From NCBI RefSeq assembly GCF_014280175.1, contig NZ_CP047931.1:1560001-1592000 (forward strand): a DNA stretch of 32,000 nucleotides, read 5' to 3'. This document shows, in pieces, positions 21,203 to 29,461 of this stretch (positions are counted from its first letter, which is position 1; every line of letters starts with the position of its first letter). A program made the translations under genes and the position numbers. The stretch comes from Synechococcus sp. A15-28. GTDB taxonomy: Bacteria > Cyanobacteriota > Cyanobacteriia > PCC-6307 > Cyanobiaceae. The notes beneath the pieces were generated by a model. The model saw only the letters and a list, made by a program, of their open reading frames with translations, was not told the DNA's origin and did not search any database.

Positions 21203-21405
21203 CCGATGCGGTTGAGGTCTTTCAGGACCTTAACGAGATCCACCGGAACGGGACTGGCAGGGCACCCGTCACTCGAGCCATCCTGGAGTTGTCGCGTCCG
21301 AACCGCATGCGCCGACTGCTGATGTCCACGACCCTGGCTCTGGCCCTCCCCCTGGCGCTGTGGCCGCTCAAATTGATCTACCGCCAGCCAGGGGCCAAGG
21401 CCTGA
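21187..21405 (+). CDS. small membrane-anchored hypothetical protein
   Basis: 72 aa; C-terminal MRRLLMSTTLALALPLALWPLKLIYRQPG; start uncertain. Confidence 0.45.
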   Translation: MTRAASDAVEVFQDLNEIHRNGTGRAPVTRAILELSRPNRMRRLLMSTTLALALPLALWPLKLIYRQPGAKA

Positions 21406-21582
21406 TCAACGGGCCTCGTCGTCAGCGGTCTGATCGGCACTGGCGTCTTCCCCCTCCGCATCCGACTGGTTCTGACGCAGTCGCTTCAACCAGCGGCCGT
21501 AGGCAACGGTGCGGTCATCGTCACTGCCATCGGTGACGCGTTCCGAGAATCCTTCAAAAGGTGGTGTCGATCGATCCTGCAC
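21406..21582 (-). CDS. small acidic hypothetical protein, absent from the supplied ORF track
   Basis: GTG start; hand translation VQDRSTPPFEGFSERVTDGSDDDRTVAYGRWLKRLRQNQSDAEGEDASADQTADDEAR (58 aa). Confidence 0.45.
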   Translation of the reverse strand: MQDRSTPPFEGFSERVTDGSDDDRTVAYGRWLKRLRQNQSDAEGEDASADQTADDEAR

Positions 21583-21666
21583 AGGGTGTGGGCGGGGACT
21601 TCACCGCATTGTGCGCTGGAGTGAACAACAGGTTTCTGCAGGCCACGAAATCCTGATAACGCAGGA

Positions 21667-22092
21667 TCAACTGGAGGAGGTCTCCAGGCGACAACGCTGA
21701 CGCTCATCGCAAAGAGTGCGCAGATCGGGACGGCGTGTGAGTTGCAGCCGACGGTCGGCCCAGACGCCGTACAACCAGTTCACAAGGCCGGAAAGAACGG
21801 GCCAGCGGGTGGGTGCGTACAACCATCCCAGCCCGATCAATCGATAGGCCTCACGGAAGACAGCGACATCGCGCAGCACCTCTCCGGCTCCGGTGATGGC
21901 ATGGATGCGACCCATGGCTTCTTCGTAGCTGATGCCCTGGTGGGACTCCGGGTCGTAGTCCATGGCATCGATGTCGATGAAGCCCAGGGAACCCAGGCGA
22001 TCCCTACCCCTGAGGAAGGTGACTTCCCGCACGCAAAGCGGGCAGCCCCCGTCAAAGAGCACGGTGAGCTCAGGAGAAGCAGACCTCGTCAT
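21667..22092 (-). CDS. DCC-family thiol-disulfide oxidoreductase-like protein (DUF393)
   Basis: Start at MTRSASPELT; TVLFDGGCPLCVREVTFL gives the D-G-x-C-x-x-C motif. Confidence 0.85.
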   Translation of the reverse strand: MTRSASPELTVLFDGGCPLCVREVTFLRGRDRLGSLGFIDIDAMDYDPESHQGISYEEAMGRIHAITGAGEVLRDVAVFREAYRLIGLGWLYAPTRWPVLSGLVNWLYGVWADRRLQLTRRPDLRTLCDERQRCRLETSSS

Positions 22093-22379
22093 TCCCGACG
22101 GCAGTAACCGCCACCCACGTTGATCCATTGCGGTGGGCAATCGCGACCCTGACGGGGCTGCAGCTGCTCGACGCGACGCCCAAAACTGCAGCAGCGGCCG
22201 TTGCGGGTGTAGGCATAGCCGATGGGACAGTCGTCGCTGAGCCTTGGCACCACACGCTGGCCAGCGGCAGGCACTGGCTCGAGCAGCAGCAGACCAAAAA
22301 CCGTGATGAGTCGCAGCGAAGTGATCGTGGAACAACCGGCAGCGTGCGCCACAAACTTAAGGAGATCAGCGTTCGGCAT
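22089..22379 (-). CDS. small secreted Cys-rich hypothetical protein
   Basis: Up to 96 aa; signal-like ITSLRLITVFGLLLLEPVPAAG, then CPIGYAYTRNGRCC and CPPQWINVGGGYC; ATGA overlap with the DCC gene. Confidence 0.55.
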   Translation of the reverse strand: MPNADLLKFVAHAAGCSTITSLRLITVFGLLLLEPVPAAGQRVVPRLSDDCPIGYAYTRNGRCCSFGRRVEQLQPRQGRDCPPQWINVGGGYCRRE

Positions 22380-22384
22380 CCGCC

Positions 22385-22564
22385 ATGGCCATGCAGCAGG
22401 TTCTTCACCAGCTCGAGCTGGCCACCCACGGCCAGGGATTCACACGACTGGACAACCGGATCAACCAATGGCTCGGTGGCACCGGGCTCTGGCAGGGAAT
22501 GCTGCATCTCAGCTGCCTTCACACCAGCTGCAGTCTAGCTATCAAGCTCTCGTATATAAACTGA
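22385..22564 (+). pseudogene. yjbQ: 5' fragment of YjbQ/UPF0047-family gene, interrupted at the island boundary
   Basis: Hand translation MAMQQVLHQLELATHGQGFTRLDNRINQWLGGTGLWQGMLHLSCLHTSCSLAIKLSYIN*. It matches the YjbQ N-terminus up to the conserved HTSCSL(T)I motif, then diverges and stops. Confidence 0.75.
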
Positions 22565-22642
22565 CCGATAGCTTAGATCCCAGTTGTTGCAGTGGATCTG
22601 CAAGCCTGCCAAAACGTAATCGAACCCATTTCGGTCCGATTC

Positions 22643-22795
22643 ATGTCCCGCAGATCACTGAGTGTTGAAGGCAAGCGCGAAGTGCGCCTCAGTGCCGACG
22701 TTGATCAGCGCCTGGCTCAGCGCGTCGATGCTGTCGCCAAGGCCACCAACAGCACCCGTGCAGAGGTGGTGCGTGCTGCGCTGCGAAAGCTCTGA
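22643..22795 (+). CDS. ribbon-helix-helix (CopG/Arc-like) protein
   Basis: 50 aa from internal ATG; KREVRLSADVDQRLAQRVDAVAKATNSTRAEVVRAALRKL. Confidence 0.7.
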   Translation: MSRRSLSVEGKREVRLSADVDQRLAQRVDAVAKATNSTRAEVVRAALRKL

Positions 22796-22802
22796 CAGAG
22801 AA

Positions 22803-22837
22803 AGACCCCTTAGCGGATGCAACCGCTTGAGGGGTCT
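22803..22837 (+). terminator. strong stem-loop after the RHH gene (terminator or regulatory)
   Basis: AGACCCCT-t-AGCGG-atgcaa-CCGCT-tg-AGGGGTCT; no T-run follows. Confidence 0.55.
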
Positions 22838-22866
22838 GTGCGTTCGAACAATTTCTCGTCTTAATT

Positions 22867-25284
22867 GTGACCACCACCAGGCCAGTAGATGGCCCCGCAG
22901 GGACCATCTACGAGTTCTCCCCACACCAACGAGTATTTCGCGATCCAGAGACCTCTGAGCTGCTCACAGAGCACGCTGACACCACCAAAAAGGGTTTTGG
23001 TAAGACCAGGTTCCTCAAAGGTCCAGGCCCTAATGGTTGGCCGATCTTCAATTTTGAAGGCGTCTCCACCTATCTGGAGGAGTTACGGAGCCTTGGAGAC
23101 CCTGACCCTGACTTTCGATGTGTCTACGAATTTCCTGATCTCATCGACGCACAGGCTGCGGTTGAGATCCGGCAGCAAAACGCCTTCTGCCAGCCGCACC
23201 ATGCTCAATCCCATCAGGAAATGGTGCTGCGATACCAAGACCTCAGATATCGAGGTGCATGGTGCTGTTATTACATCACTCCTGATCGTCCCGATGAGGA
23301 AGAAAAGGCTCTCCGCCATCAAAAGGCGGCAATGGAAGGCGGGCTGCTGCTTCTGATCGTTAAAAGCCACCAAGAGCCGTTATTTGTGGTTAAGGCAGAC
23401 AAATGCCGGTGGTTAGGCGTTGATCAAAACCCATTTTTCAGAGGTCAGATCGGACGGATCTACCCCCGCGATCGCGGCCGATACATGACCGAGCTGTATC
23501 ACCTCTGCGACTATTCCCTGCTTAGCGATCCTGAGTTTCAGCAGGCCTCTCTACTTGATGACGATGACCGCGAAACGCTCCTGCTGAGGGGTGCATCTCA
23601 CCCTGAGCAAACGGATGAATACTGGCTTCGCAAACGCTGGGCTGAGCCAACAGTCGCCTACTGGAACACTGAGCGCTTACTACAACGCGGCAATTTCCTG
23701 ACAGAGGCTCTTAGCACCCAAATCAGGGCCAATCACTCTGGCCCTTCGAAGTGGGACATCTTCACTGGCACTCATTGGCAGGAGCAGAACACCCACGATG
23801 TGGTGAACGCTCTCCAAGAGGAGTTTTACGTTCGCAACGAGTGGAGCAGTCGCGATCTTCGTGACCTCAGCAGCGACCGTTCACAACTACGTCGTGGCGT
23901 TGCCAGCGCTATTCCCAAGCCGAGCCGCAGGTTGCTGCCATTCCTGAACACCTGTCTCGATCTCGACAGCAGGGAGTGCATCAAGCACTCACCAAACAAT
24001 GGCAACCGTTTTGTTCTGCGCCTGAACTACGAGCCAGGAGATCGCGAACCGAAAAAGATCAAAGCCTTCCTTCTGGATCGTCTTGGTGATCCTGAGCTGG
24101 TTGAGATGTATCGGGCCTTTGTTTGGCATTGCCTGACTGGACGAAGCCTGAAGGCATTTCTGGAGATCACTGGCCCAGCCCACACCGGCAAAACAGTGCT
24201 GACGAATCTGATCATTGCCATCGTCGGCGTCATCAACACCGTCAGTTGTGATCTGAGCCAGCTCGAAGATTCCAAGAGTCGTTTTGAGAGCCATCGCCTC
24301 TCTGGCAAAAAGCTGGCTGTCTTCAGCGAATCACAGGACTACAAGGGCACAGGGGAAATGCTCAAAGCCCTCACAGGTCGCGACCGCATCCGCGCAGAGA
24401 AAAAGAACAGCAGCGAAGACTGTGACTTCACCTATGGGGGTGTTGTCGTCCTCACCGGCAATAGCTCGGTGAATTTCAAGGATGCCTCTGCTGCAATCAA
24501 CAATCGGCGCCGCAGCTTGTTCGTTGAAAAGGTCATCGACTTCAAGGATGAGCGGGTGATGTGCGAAGACGACGGAGAAGGCAACTGGCGCGGTGAGCTG
24601 GTGCCAGAGCTGTCAACGATGGTGAATTGGGTTCTGGATATGGATCCGGCTGATGCCATTAGGGCAATGAGCCGCAACCTGATATCAGAGACTCGGCGTA
24701 ATGCAGCCAAGCAATCACTGCTCGACTCCAACCCTCTCGCTGCGTGGGCAAACGAGCGCTTGGTTTACGACTCCATGCTCAAGTCGGACGGCAAGCCATT
24801 GCATGCCCAAGGCGTTGGAAACCTCAAATCCGATCCTCAAACCCACCTCCTAACCAACTACCGGAGCTGGCTTGAGGCCAATGAAACTGGCGAGGCTCTC
24901 ACCACCAAGACGTTCAAAAGGGCGCTGGTGGAGATGCTGCAAGGCATCGGCATCCCATTGCCACCAGGACCGCTGGATAAGGGTCAGTACCGCATCGATG
25001 GCAAAGGCAGCGTGGTGCCGTTCCTCCGCTTTCGTCGTGCTGACGATGCTGCTGACCATCCAGGGGTGATTGATGCAGCTTTCAACGTGCAAACGGTTCG
25101 CGAACGATTCGCAAACGCCAAGACCCCAGTAGCAAACGGATCAAACGGATCAAACGGTTCTGAAGAGGTTTCTGCTCATAGAGGTTCAGAACTTTTCCAA
25201 AACACCCACCAAGTGGGGGGAACATATGCCTGGGACCAGGAATCTGACTTTTCTCCAGACACTGGTGATGGTGAAGGCGGCTAA
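22867..25284 (+). CDS. D5/P4-like SF3 helicase (primase-helicase type) with unassigned N-terminal region
   Basis: 805 aa; Walker A GPAHTGKT, KLAVFSESQDYKGTGEMLKALTGRDRI, GGVVVLTGNSSVNF, typical of phage/plasmid primase-helicase C-termini. Confidence 0.85.
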   Translation: MTTTRPVDGPAGTIYEFSPHQRVFRDPETSELLTEHADTTKKGFGKTRFLKGPGPNGWPIFNFEGVSTYLEELRSLGDPDPDFRCVYEFPDLIDAQAAVEIRQQNAFCQPHHAQSHQEMVLRYQDLRYRGAWCCYYITPDRPDEEEKALRHQKAAMEGGLLLLIVKSHQEPLFVVKADKCRWLGVDQNPFFRGQIGRIYPRDRGRYMTELYHLCDYSLLSDPEFQQASLLDDDDRETLLLRGASHPEQTDEYWLRKRWAEPTVAYWNTERLLQRGNFLTEALSTQIRANHSGPSKWDIFTGTHWQEQNTHDVVNALQEEFYVRNEWSSRDLRDLSSDRSQLRRGVASAIPKPSRRLLPFLNTCLDLDSRECIKHSPNNGNRFVLRLNYEPGDREPKKIKAFLLDRLGDPELVEMYRAFVWHCLTGRSLKAFLEITGPAHTGKTVLTNLIIAIVGVINTVSCDLSQLEDSKSRFESHRLSGKKLAVFSESQDYKGTGEMLKALTGRDRIRAEKKNSSEDCDFTYGGVVVLTGNSSVNFKDASAAINNRRRSLFVEKVIDFKDERVMCEDDGEGNWRGELVPELSTMVNWVLDMDPADAIRAMSRNLISETRRNAAKQSLLDSNPLAAWANERLVYDSMLKSDGKPLHAQGVGNLKSDPQTHLLTNYRSWLEANETGEALTTKTFKRALVEMLQGIGIPLPPGPLDKGQYRIDGKGSVVPFLRFRRADDAADHPGVIDAAFNVQTVRERFANAKTPVANGSNGSNGSEEVSAHRGSELFQNTHQVGGTYAWDQESDFSPDTGDGEGG

Positions 25285-25354
25285 ACCCGTTTGAACCGTT
25301 TGTTGAGTAGGGAAAAGGGTTCTCAGCCGCAGGAACCCGTTTGGCAACCGTTTG
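25090..25354. repeat. iteron-like cluster (8 copies of CAAACGG/CCGTTTG), candidate replication origin
   Basis: CAAACGG at 25090, 25133, 25142, 25151; CCGTTTG at 25287, 25296, 25337, 25348. Confidence 0.6.
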
Positions 25355-25431
25355 GCTCAGCTCATGACGTGGAGGCTGACTAATGCAACATCAGTTGCCT
25401 TGGTTATTCGCAGCAAGGACAAGCCATTTTT

Positions 25432-27528
25432 TTGCTGCATGCTCAGGATGCAGACATCTTGCATTTATTCATGGCTGCCGCCCTGCGCTGCCATCTGCTG
25501 ATTGGACCGCCAGCCAGCGGGAAGACCACCATTGCGACGCTTCTTGCGCCGCTGCTGGATGCGGAGCTGCTCTCCACGGATCGGATCCGTGATGAACTCT
25601 ATGGCGACCCGATGATCCAGGGCCACTGGCATGAGGTGGAGGATCGGCTACACGCGGAGATTCAGGCGAGCGTGGCGGCAGGGCGATCGGTGTTGATCGA
25701 TGCCACCCATGCTCAGAGGCCCTGGCGTTTGGCGCTCACCCAGCGGCTGGAGTTGGACAGGCCGGTGGAGTGGATCGGTTGGTGGATGCGCACCCCACTT
25801 GAGGTGTGCCTGGAGTGGAACAAGCGGCGCGAGCGCCAGGTGCCCGAGCTGGTGGTCCAGCAATTTGCAGCAGCCTTGAACGACCGCGACTTTCAACCCT
25901 CTCGCAGTGAAGGCTTTGCGGTTCTGGTGGATTACAACCCCGCTGCAGACGGTGATCCAGCCAAGGAGCTTGCTGCAGAAATCTCGCGGCTCAATAAGCG
26001 CATCTCAGCTGCCCGCAATCGCGAGCAGGCCAAGGAGCTCCACTGCTACTCACGATTGTTGGACCTGGAGCGACTGCTCCATCTGCTGCAACTTCTCAGC
26101 CGCTATCCGGGTCTTAGCGCTGGCGATGTCACCACCCGAGCAGAGCTGGAGGCAATCTGCAATCCACTGCCGGAAGGGGCGATGGCCCAACGGGCTGCGG
26201 CCTACCTCTCTCGCCTGCGCGGCGAGTGCTATTGCGATGTGGATGCCCTGGAGGCAGATCTCCTTTGGCTCCAGAGCCAGGGTTTTCTCGATGCCGCGCC
26301 AACGCAACAACCCATTGAGCCACCCCCTGCCCCAGAAAACCTGGGTGGGCTGAACCTGGGCGGCTGGCCTCCGATGGCCGACCGAAGCGTGTTTATTCGG
26401 GTCTTCAGCCTGCTGCGCTATCTGTTGCATCACCCCTTTAATTGCGAGAAGGGAGTGCGACTGCAGGAGCACCTGATCAGCCAGCTCGGCGGTGTCTACA
26501 TGCCAGGTGAAGCCGGCACCCTGCGCAAGGACGTGGAGCGCATACTCACCCCCTATGGCTTTCGCACCCGCAACGACAATGTGCGCCACGGCTACGGCCT
26601 AGGTACTGCGGTGCTCTCGGCAGCGCGGCTGCGGGAAGTGCACCAGGTGGTGAGCCAGGCAGTCTCCCGTCTTGGTGATCCCACAGCTCAGGACTTGCTC
26701 GCAGAGCTCGATGAGCGACTTCGGTGGGGAGGTGTACTGAGGGAGCACGAGCCACCGGTAAGGGTCTTTGCGAATCGTTCGATCGTGCACCCCGATCTGG
26801 TGCGCCGAGATTCTCTTGCGGTACCAGCACAGGCAGAAAAACTTGAGGCTGCAATCTCATTGCGTCAGAGGGTGTTGTTGGAGCGCTTCTCCGATGCGGC
26901 CACATTCGGAGAGGAATCAAGAGAACCGATCCACGTATGGCCCATACAACTGCTCTTTCACAACATCGGTTGGTATTTGGCTTTTGAGGATGACGCTGTC
27001 GGCTACGAACGGGGCCTGATCCGTACAGAACGTTTGGACCGGCTGGCACTACGTCAGGTTGAAAGCGGCTTCCAACGCACGCCGGAGCAACGTGTTGCTG
27101 GAGTCCTTCGGCTTACTCGTCTGATGGAACTCAGCGGTGGCATCTACCTCGGCAAGGACGCTGCTTCGCAAGAACAACTAAGCACTGCACAACCAGACGA
27201 ACTAGCCAAACTACTAATCACCGTCCGCTTTCGTTGTACATCTCGGGCTTACAATTTCTTGAGAGAAGGTTTGCAGCGATATCCACTCAATCAGATACGA
27301 ATGTCGAAGCCGTTAACCAGTGATCAATGGTGCCACAGATCTAAAGCACCGCTTGTACTGACTCCATTTCCAGACGATAGCCACCCTTACCCTATGGAAC
27401 TAGACCTCCCGCCATGGACAGTTGCACGAGATGTCGACTTTCGCCGCTGGATTCTTGGCTGGGGCTCTGAAATTATTGTTGAGACTCCCACAGGCTTTGC
27501 TCAGGAAATTCGCTTGCAAGTGCAATGA
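25432..27528 (+). CDS. polynucleotide-kinase-like P-loop domain fused to wHTH and WYL domain
   Basis: 698 aa from TTG (alternative ATG 25471); LLIGPPASGKTTIATLL, STDRIRDEL, RSVLIDATHAQRPWR, NKRRERQVPE; C-terminal HVWPIQLLFHNIGWYLAFED and WILGWGSEIIVETP. Confidence 0.82.
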   Translation: MLHAQDADILHLFMAAALRCHLLIGPPASGKTTIATLLAPLLDAELLSTDRIRDELYGDPMIQGHWHEVEDRLHAEIQASVAAGRSVLIDATHAQRPWRLALTQRLELDRPVEWIGWWMRTPLEVCLEWNKRRERQVPELVVQQFAAALNDRDFQPSRSEGFAVLVDYNPAADGDPAKELAAEISRLNKRISAARNREQAKELHCYSRLLDLERLLHLLQLLSRYPGLSAGDVTTRAELEAICNPLPEGAMAQRAAAYLSRLRGECYCDVDALEADLLWLQSQGFLDAAPTQQPIEPPPAPENLGGLNLGGWPPMADRSVFIRVFSLLRYLLHHPFNCEKGVRLQEHLISQLGGVYMPGEAGTLRKDVERILTPYGFRTRNDNVRHGYGLGTAVLSAARLREVHQVVSQAVSRLGDPTAQDLLAELDERLRWGGVLREHEPPVRVFANRSIVHPDLVRRDSLAVPAQAEKLEAAISLRQRVLLERFSDAATFGEESREPIHVWPIQLLFHNIGWYLAFEDDAVGYERGLIRTERLDRLALRQVESGFQRTPEQRVAGVLRLTRLMELSGGIYLGKDAASQEQLSTAQPDELAKLLITVRFRCTSRAYNFLREGLQRYPLNQIRMSKPLTSDQWCHRSKAPLVLTPFPDDSHPYPMELDLPPWTVARDVDFRRWILGWGSEIIVETPTGFAQEIRLQVQ

Positions 27529-27569
27529 GACAAAAGCTGTTGCTTAGCCCTTAATTTGGATTGTCAATT

Positions 27570-28712
27570 TTAAACGAAACGATTCAAGACCTGGTCGATG
27601 GGCTTGGCAAACTCTTTCTCTTGTTCCTGCAGAGCGAAGCTGCTGTTGGCTTGCAGGATACGTGAATTGAAACCCGGCAGACCTTTTACCTCAGCGTAAC
27701 TCTTGCAACCTGATCTGCAAATCTCAGCAATTATGGGCTTTTGCAGGATATTGTGCCAGTGCTCAAATCCTTGCACCTGCGAAGACATAGACTTGTAAAT
27801 TTGACCTCTTAATTCGAGAAGCTTACTAAATATTTGATCTTTGCTGAGCGGCGCTCCAATTGTCTTCGTAGAACTACTCTTTTGAATGCTGTCACTTTCA
27901 CGAATTAACTGCTCTTGACCATGTCCAGCCATAGAAGAATTCACTACGGCTGCCATGACTTCTCTCCTGGCTTGCTCTACACTTACGAGCAACTCTTCTT
28001 TTATTTCCTGAATCTGATCAAGCATTCGATCTTCGCTCTCTTCGATTACTCCTGACAATATTTCCATATGGATCCTGCCTTCGGCGTCGCCTCTATCGTC
28101 TTCAGATGTTGATTCAGTTATAGGATGTGGCTTTAAATTGCAAAGTTCTCGGTACCGATTTAGCTCTTCTTGTGAAGCGGTAATTATCCGAAAGCTGAAC
28201 CTCGAAACGTCTTCACTGTTAGACAGGGCGATCGTTTCAACGAGAGGCGCCAGTAACTTGCTGAGCTCAAATACTCTTAGGGCGATTGCTGCATACAAAT
28301 TGTTGAATTGCTCTTCTGCCTCACCTTGCGGCACGAGGTGGCCGGCCGAGTCCCTTGCAGCCCGCAGAGAAATGGCTAAGCCTCTAAATTCCGAAAAATA
28401 AAATGCAAGCGCCTTCCGCTTATGAACCTCTAGACCTAGGCGATTCTCCCTCCCTGCTGAGCGTATATTTTTAATTAAATTAGTGGTACGCTCGTTGCAA
28501 TTTTTGTCTTCATAGTATATCTCCCACCATCCTGCAGTGCTGCTCAGATCAAGGTCTTTGTTGGACGTGACGGCCTCTAGGATGTATTGAATATCATCAA
28601 GCTTGTCAGCGTATACGGTGTCTGTCTTTAAGCAGATATAACTTAAAAAACAAAGCCACTTATAAACTTCCCCAATCTGTCGTCCGAGGATAGGATTAAT
28701 GATGTGATTCAT
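27570..28712 (-). CDS. uncharacterised protein with HEPN-like RxxxxH motif and HRDC-like C-terminus
   Basis: 380 aa; LRAARDSAGHLVP (RDSAGH), long helices, SKLLELRGQIYKS...ILQKPIIAEICRSGCKSYAEVKGLPGFNSRIL. Confidence 0.65.
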   Translation of the reverse strand: MNHIINPILGRQIGEVYKWLCFLSYICLKTDTVYADKLDDIQYILEAVTSNKDLDLSSTAGWWEIYYEDKNCNERTTNLIKNIRSAGRENRLGLEVHKRKALAFYFSEFRGLAISLRAARDSAGHLVPQGEAEEQFNNLYAAIALRVFELSKLLAPLVETIALSNSEDVSRFSFRIITASQEELNRYRELCNLKPHPITESTSEDDRGDAEGRIHMEILSGVIEESEDRMLDQIQEIKEELLVSVEQARREVMAAVVNSSMAGHGQEQLIRESDSIQKSSSTKTIGAPLSKDQIFSKLLELRGQIYKSMSSQVQGFEHWHNILQKPIIAEICRSGCKSYAEVKGLPGFNSRILQANSSFALQEQEKEFAKPIDQVLNRFV

Positions 28713-28774
28713 TGTGCAAATGCGGCGTCGGATGAGATGAGATTGCCTTGCATGTTGTTTATGGTCATGGATTG

Positions 28775-29461
28775 CTATTGTGACTCAATCCCTTTCAGGT
28801 TGAAACTCTTGTCTGTATCTGATTGAAGTGTTTTTGCTGCACTACAAATGCTTCCTGCGAGCAACCAGGCCTGCGCTCCTGGAATTACAGACATAGCAAT
28901 GCTTATAGCGAGCGATGCTGACATTGCTTGTGTCGCAGCGCAGCCTGCATCCTTTAGGGATTGAATAAAACAACCTCGACTATTCAGGGGTGAATTCTTC
29001 ATGCCGCACTCTTGATCACGAAGTATGCTCCAAGAAATTGTTAGCAACACTGCAAGCGCTCCTGCTTCAAGGCAATGTTTGGTAATGTCCGTAGCCACCC
29101 CGGGGGCATGCAGCGCATCAATTCCTCCGTCTAATTGGGCTCGCCCTATGTCGACCGCGCTTATTGGATCGGCGCCTCGACTTCTGTTCCAGCTGGCGGT
29201 TTCAAACTGCCAGCCCTGCTCAGCTGTTCCCCCGTGAGCCTGAGGCCACCAATGGCTGAGGTCCTTGTCAGATAGCCAGCTACGGATCGCTTCTTCAGGT
29301 TTTTGACTGCGTAGTAGTAGCTCTGGCAGCTGGCCCTGTAGTTCGGCGCCATGGGCAGATAAGCGCTCTTTGAGAACCGCTACGGAGCTTGGATCTACAA
29401 ACTGCTCGCACAGGCGCGTGATGAAGCCTGAGGTGAGTCCAGTAGAAAATGGCCTGTTCAT
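28775..29461 (-). CDS. uncharacterised protein with C-terminal hydrophobic segments
   Basis: 228 aa; EAGALAVLLTISWSIL and AMSASLAISIAMSVIPGAQAWLLAGSICSAA; ATGA overlap with upstream gene. Confidence 0.65.
   Translation of the reverse strand: MNRPFSTGLTSGFITRLCEQFVDPSSVAVLKERLSAHGAELQGQLPELLLRSQKPEEAIRSWLSDKDLSHWWPQAHGGTAEQGWQFETASWNRSRGADPISAVDIGRAQLDGGIDALHAPGVATDITKHCLEAGALAVLLTISWSILRDQECGMKNSPLNSRGCFIQSLKDAGCAATQAMSASLAISIAMSVIPGAQAWLLAGSICSAAKTLQSDTDKSFNLKGIESQ

Noticed and set aside
25133-25157. Three tandem CAAACGGNN units as a CRISPR or simple microsatellite
   Set aside because: Units are 9 bp and coding (NGS repeat); too short for CRISPR, and inverted copies outside the gene favour iterons.
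25383-25592. 69-aa ORF overlapping the start of the PNK-WYL gene
   Set aside because: Cys/His content looks zinc-finger-like, but it is an alternate reading of the conserved Walker A region.
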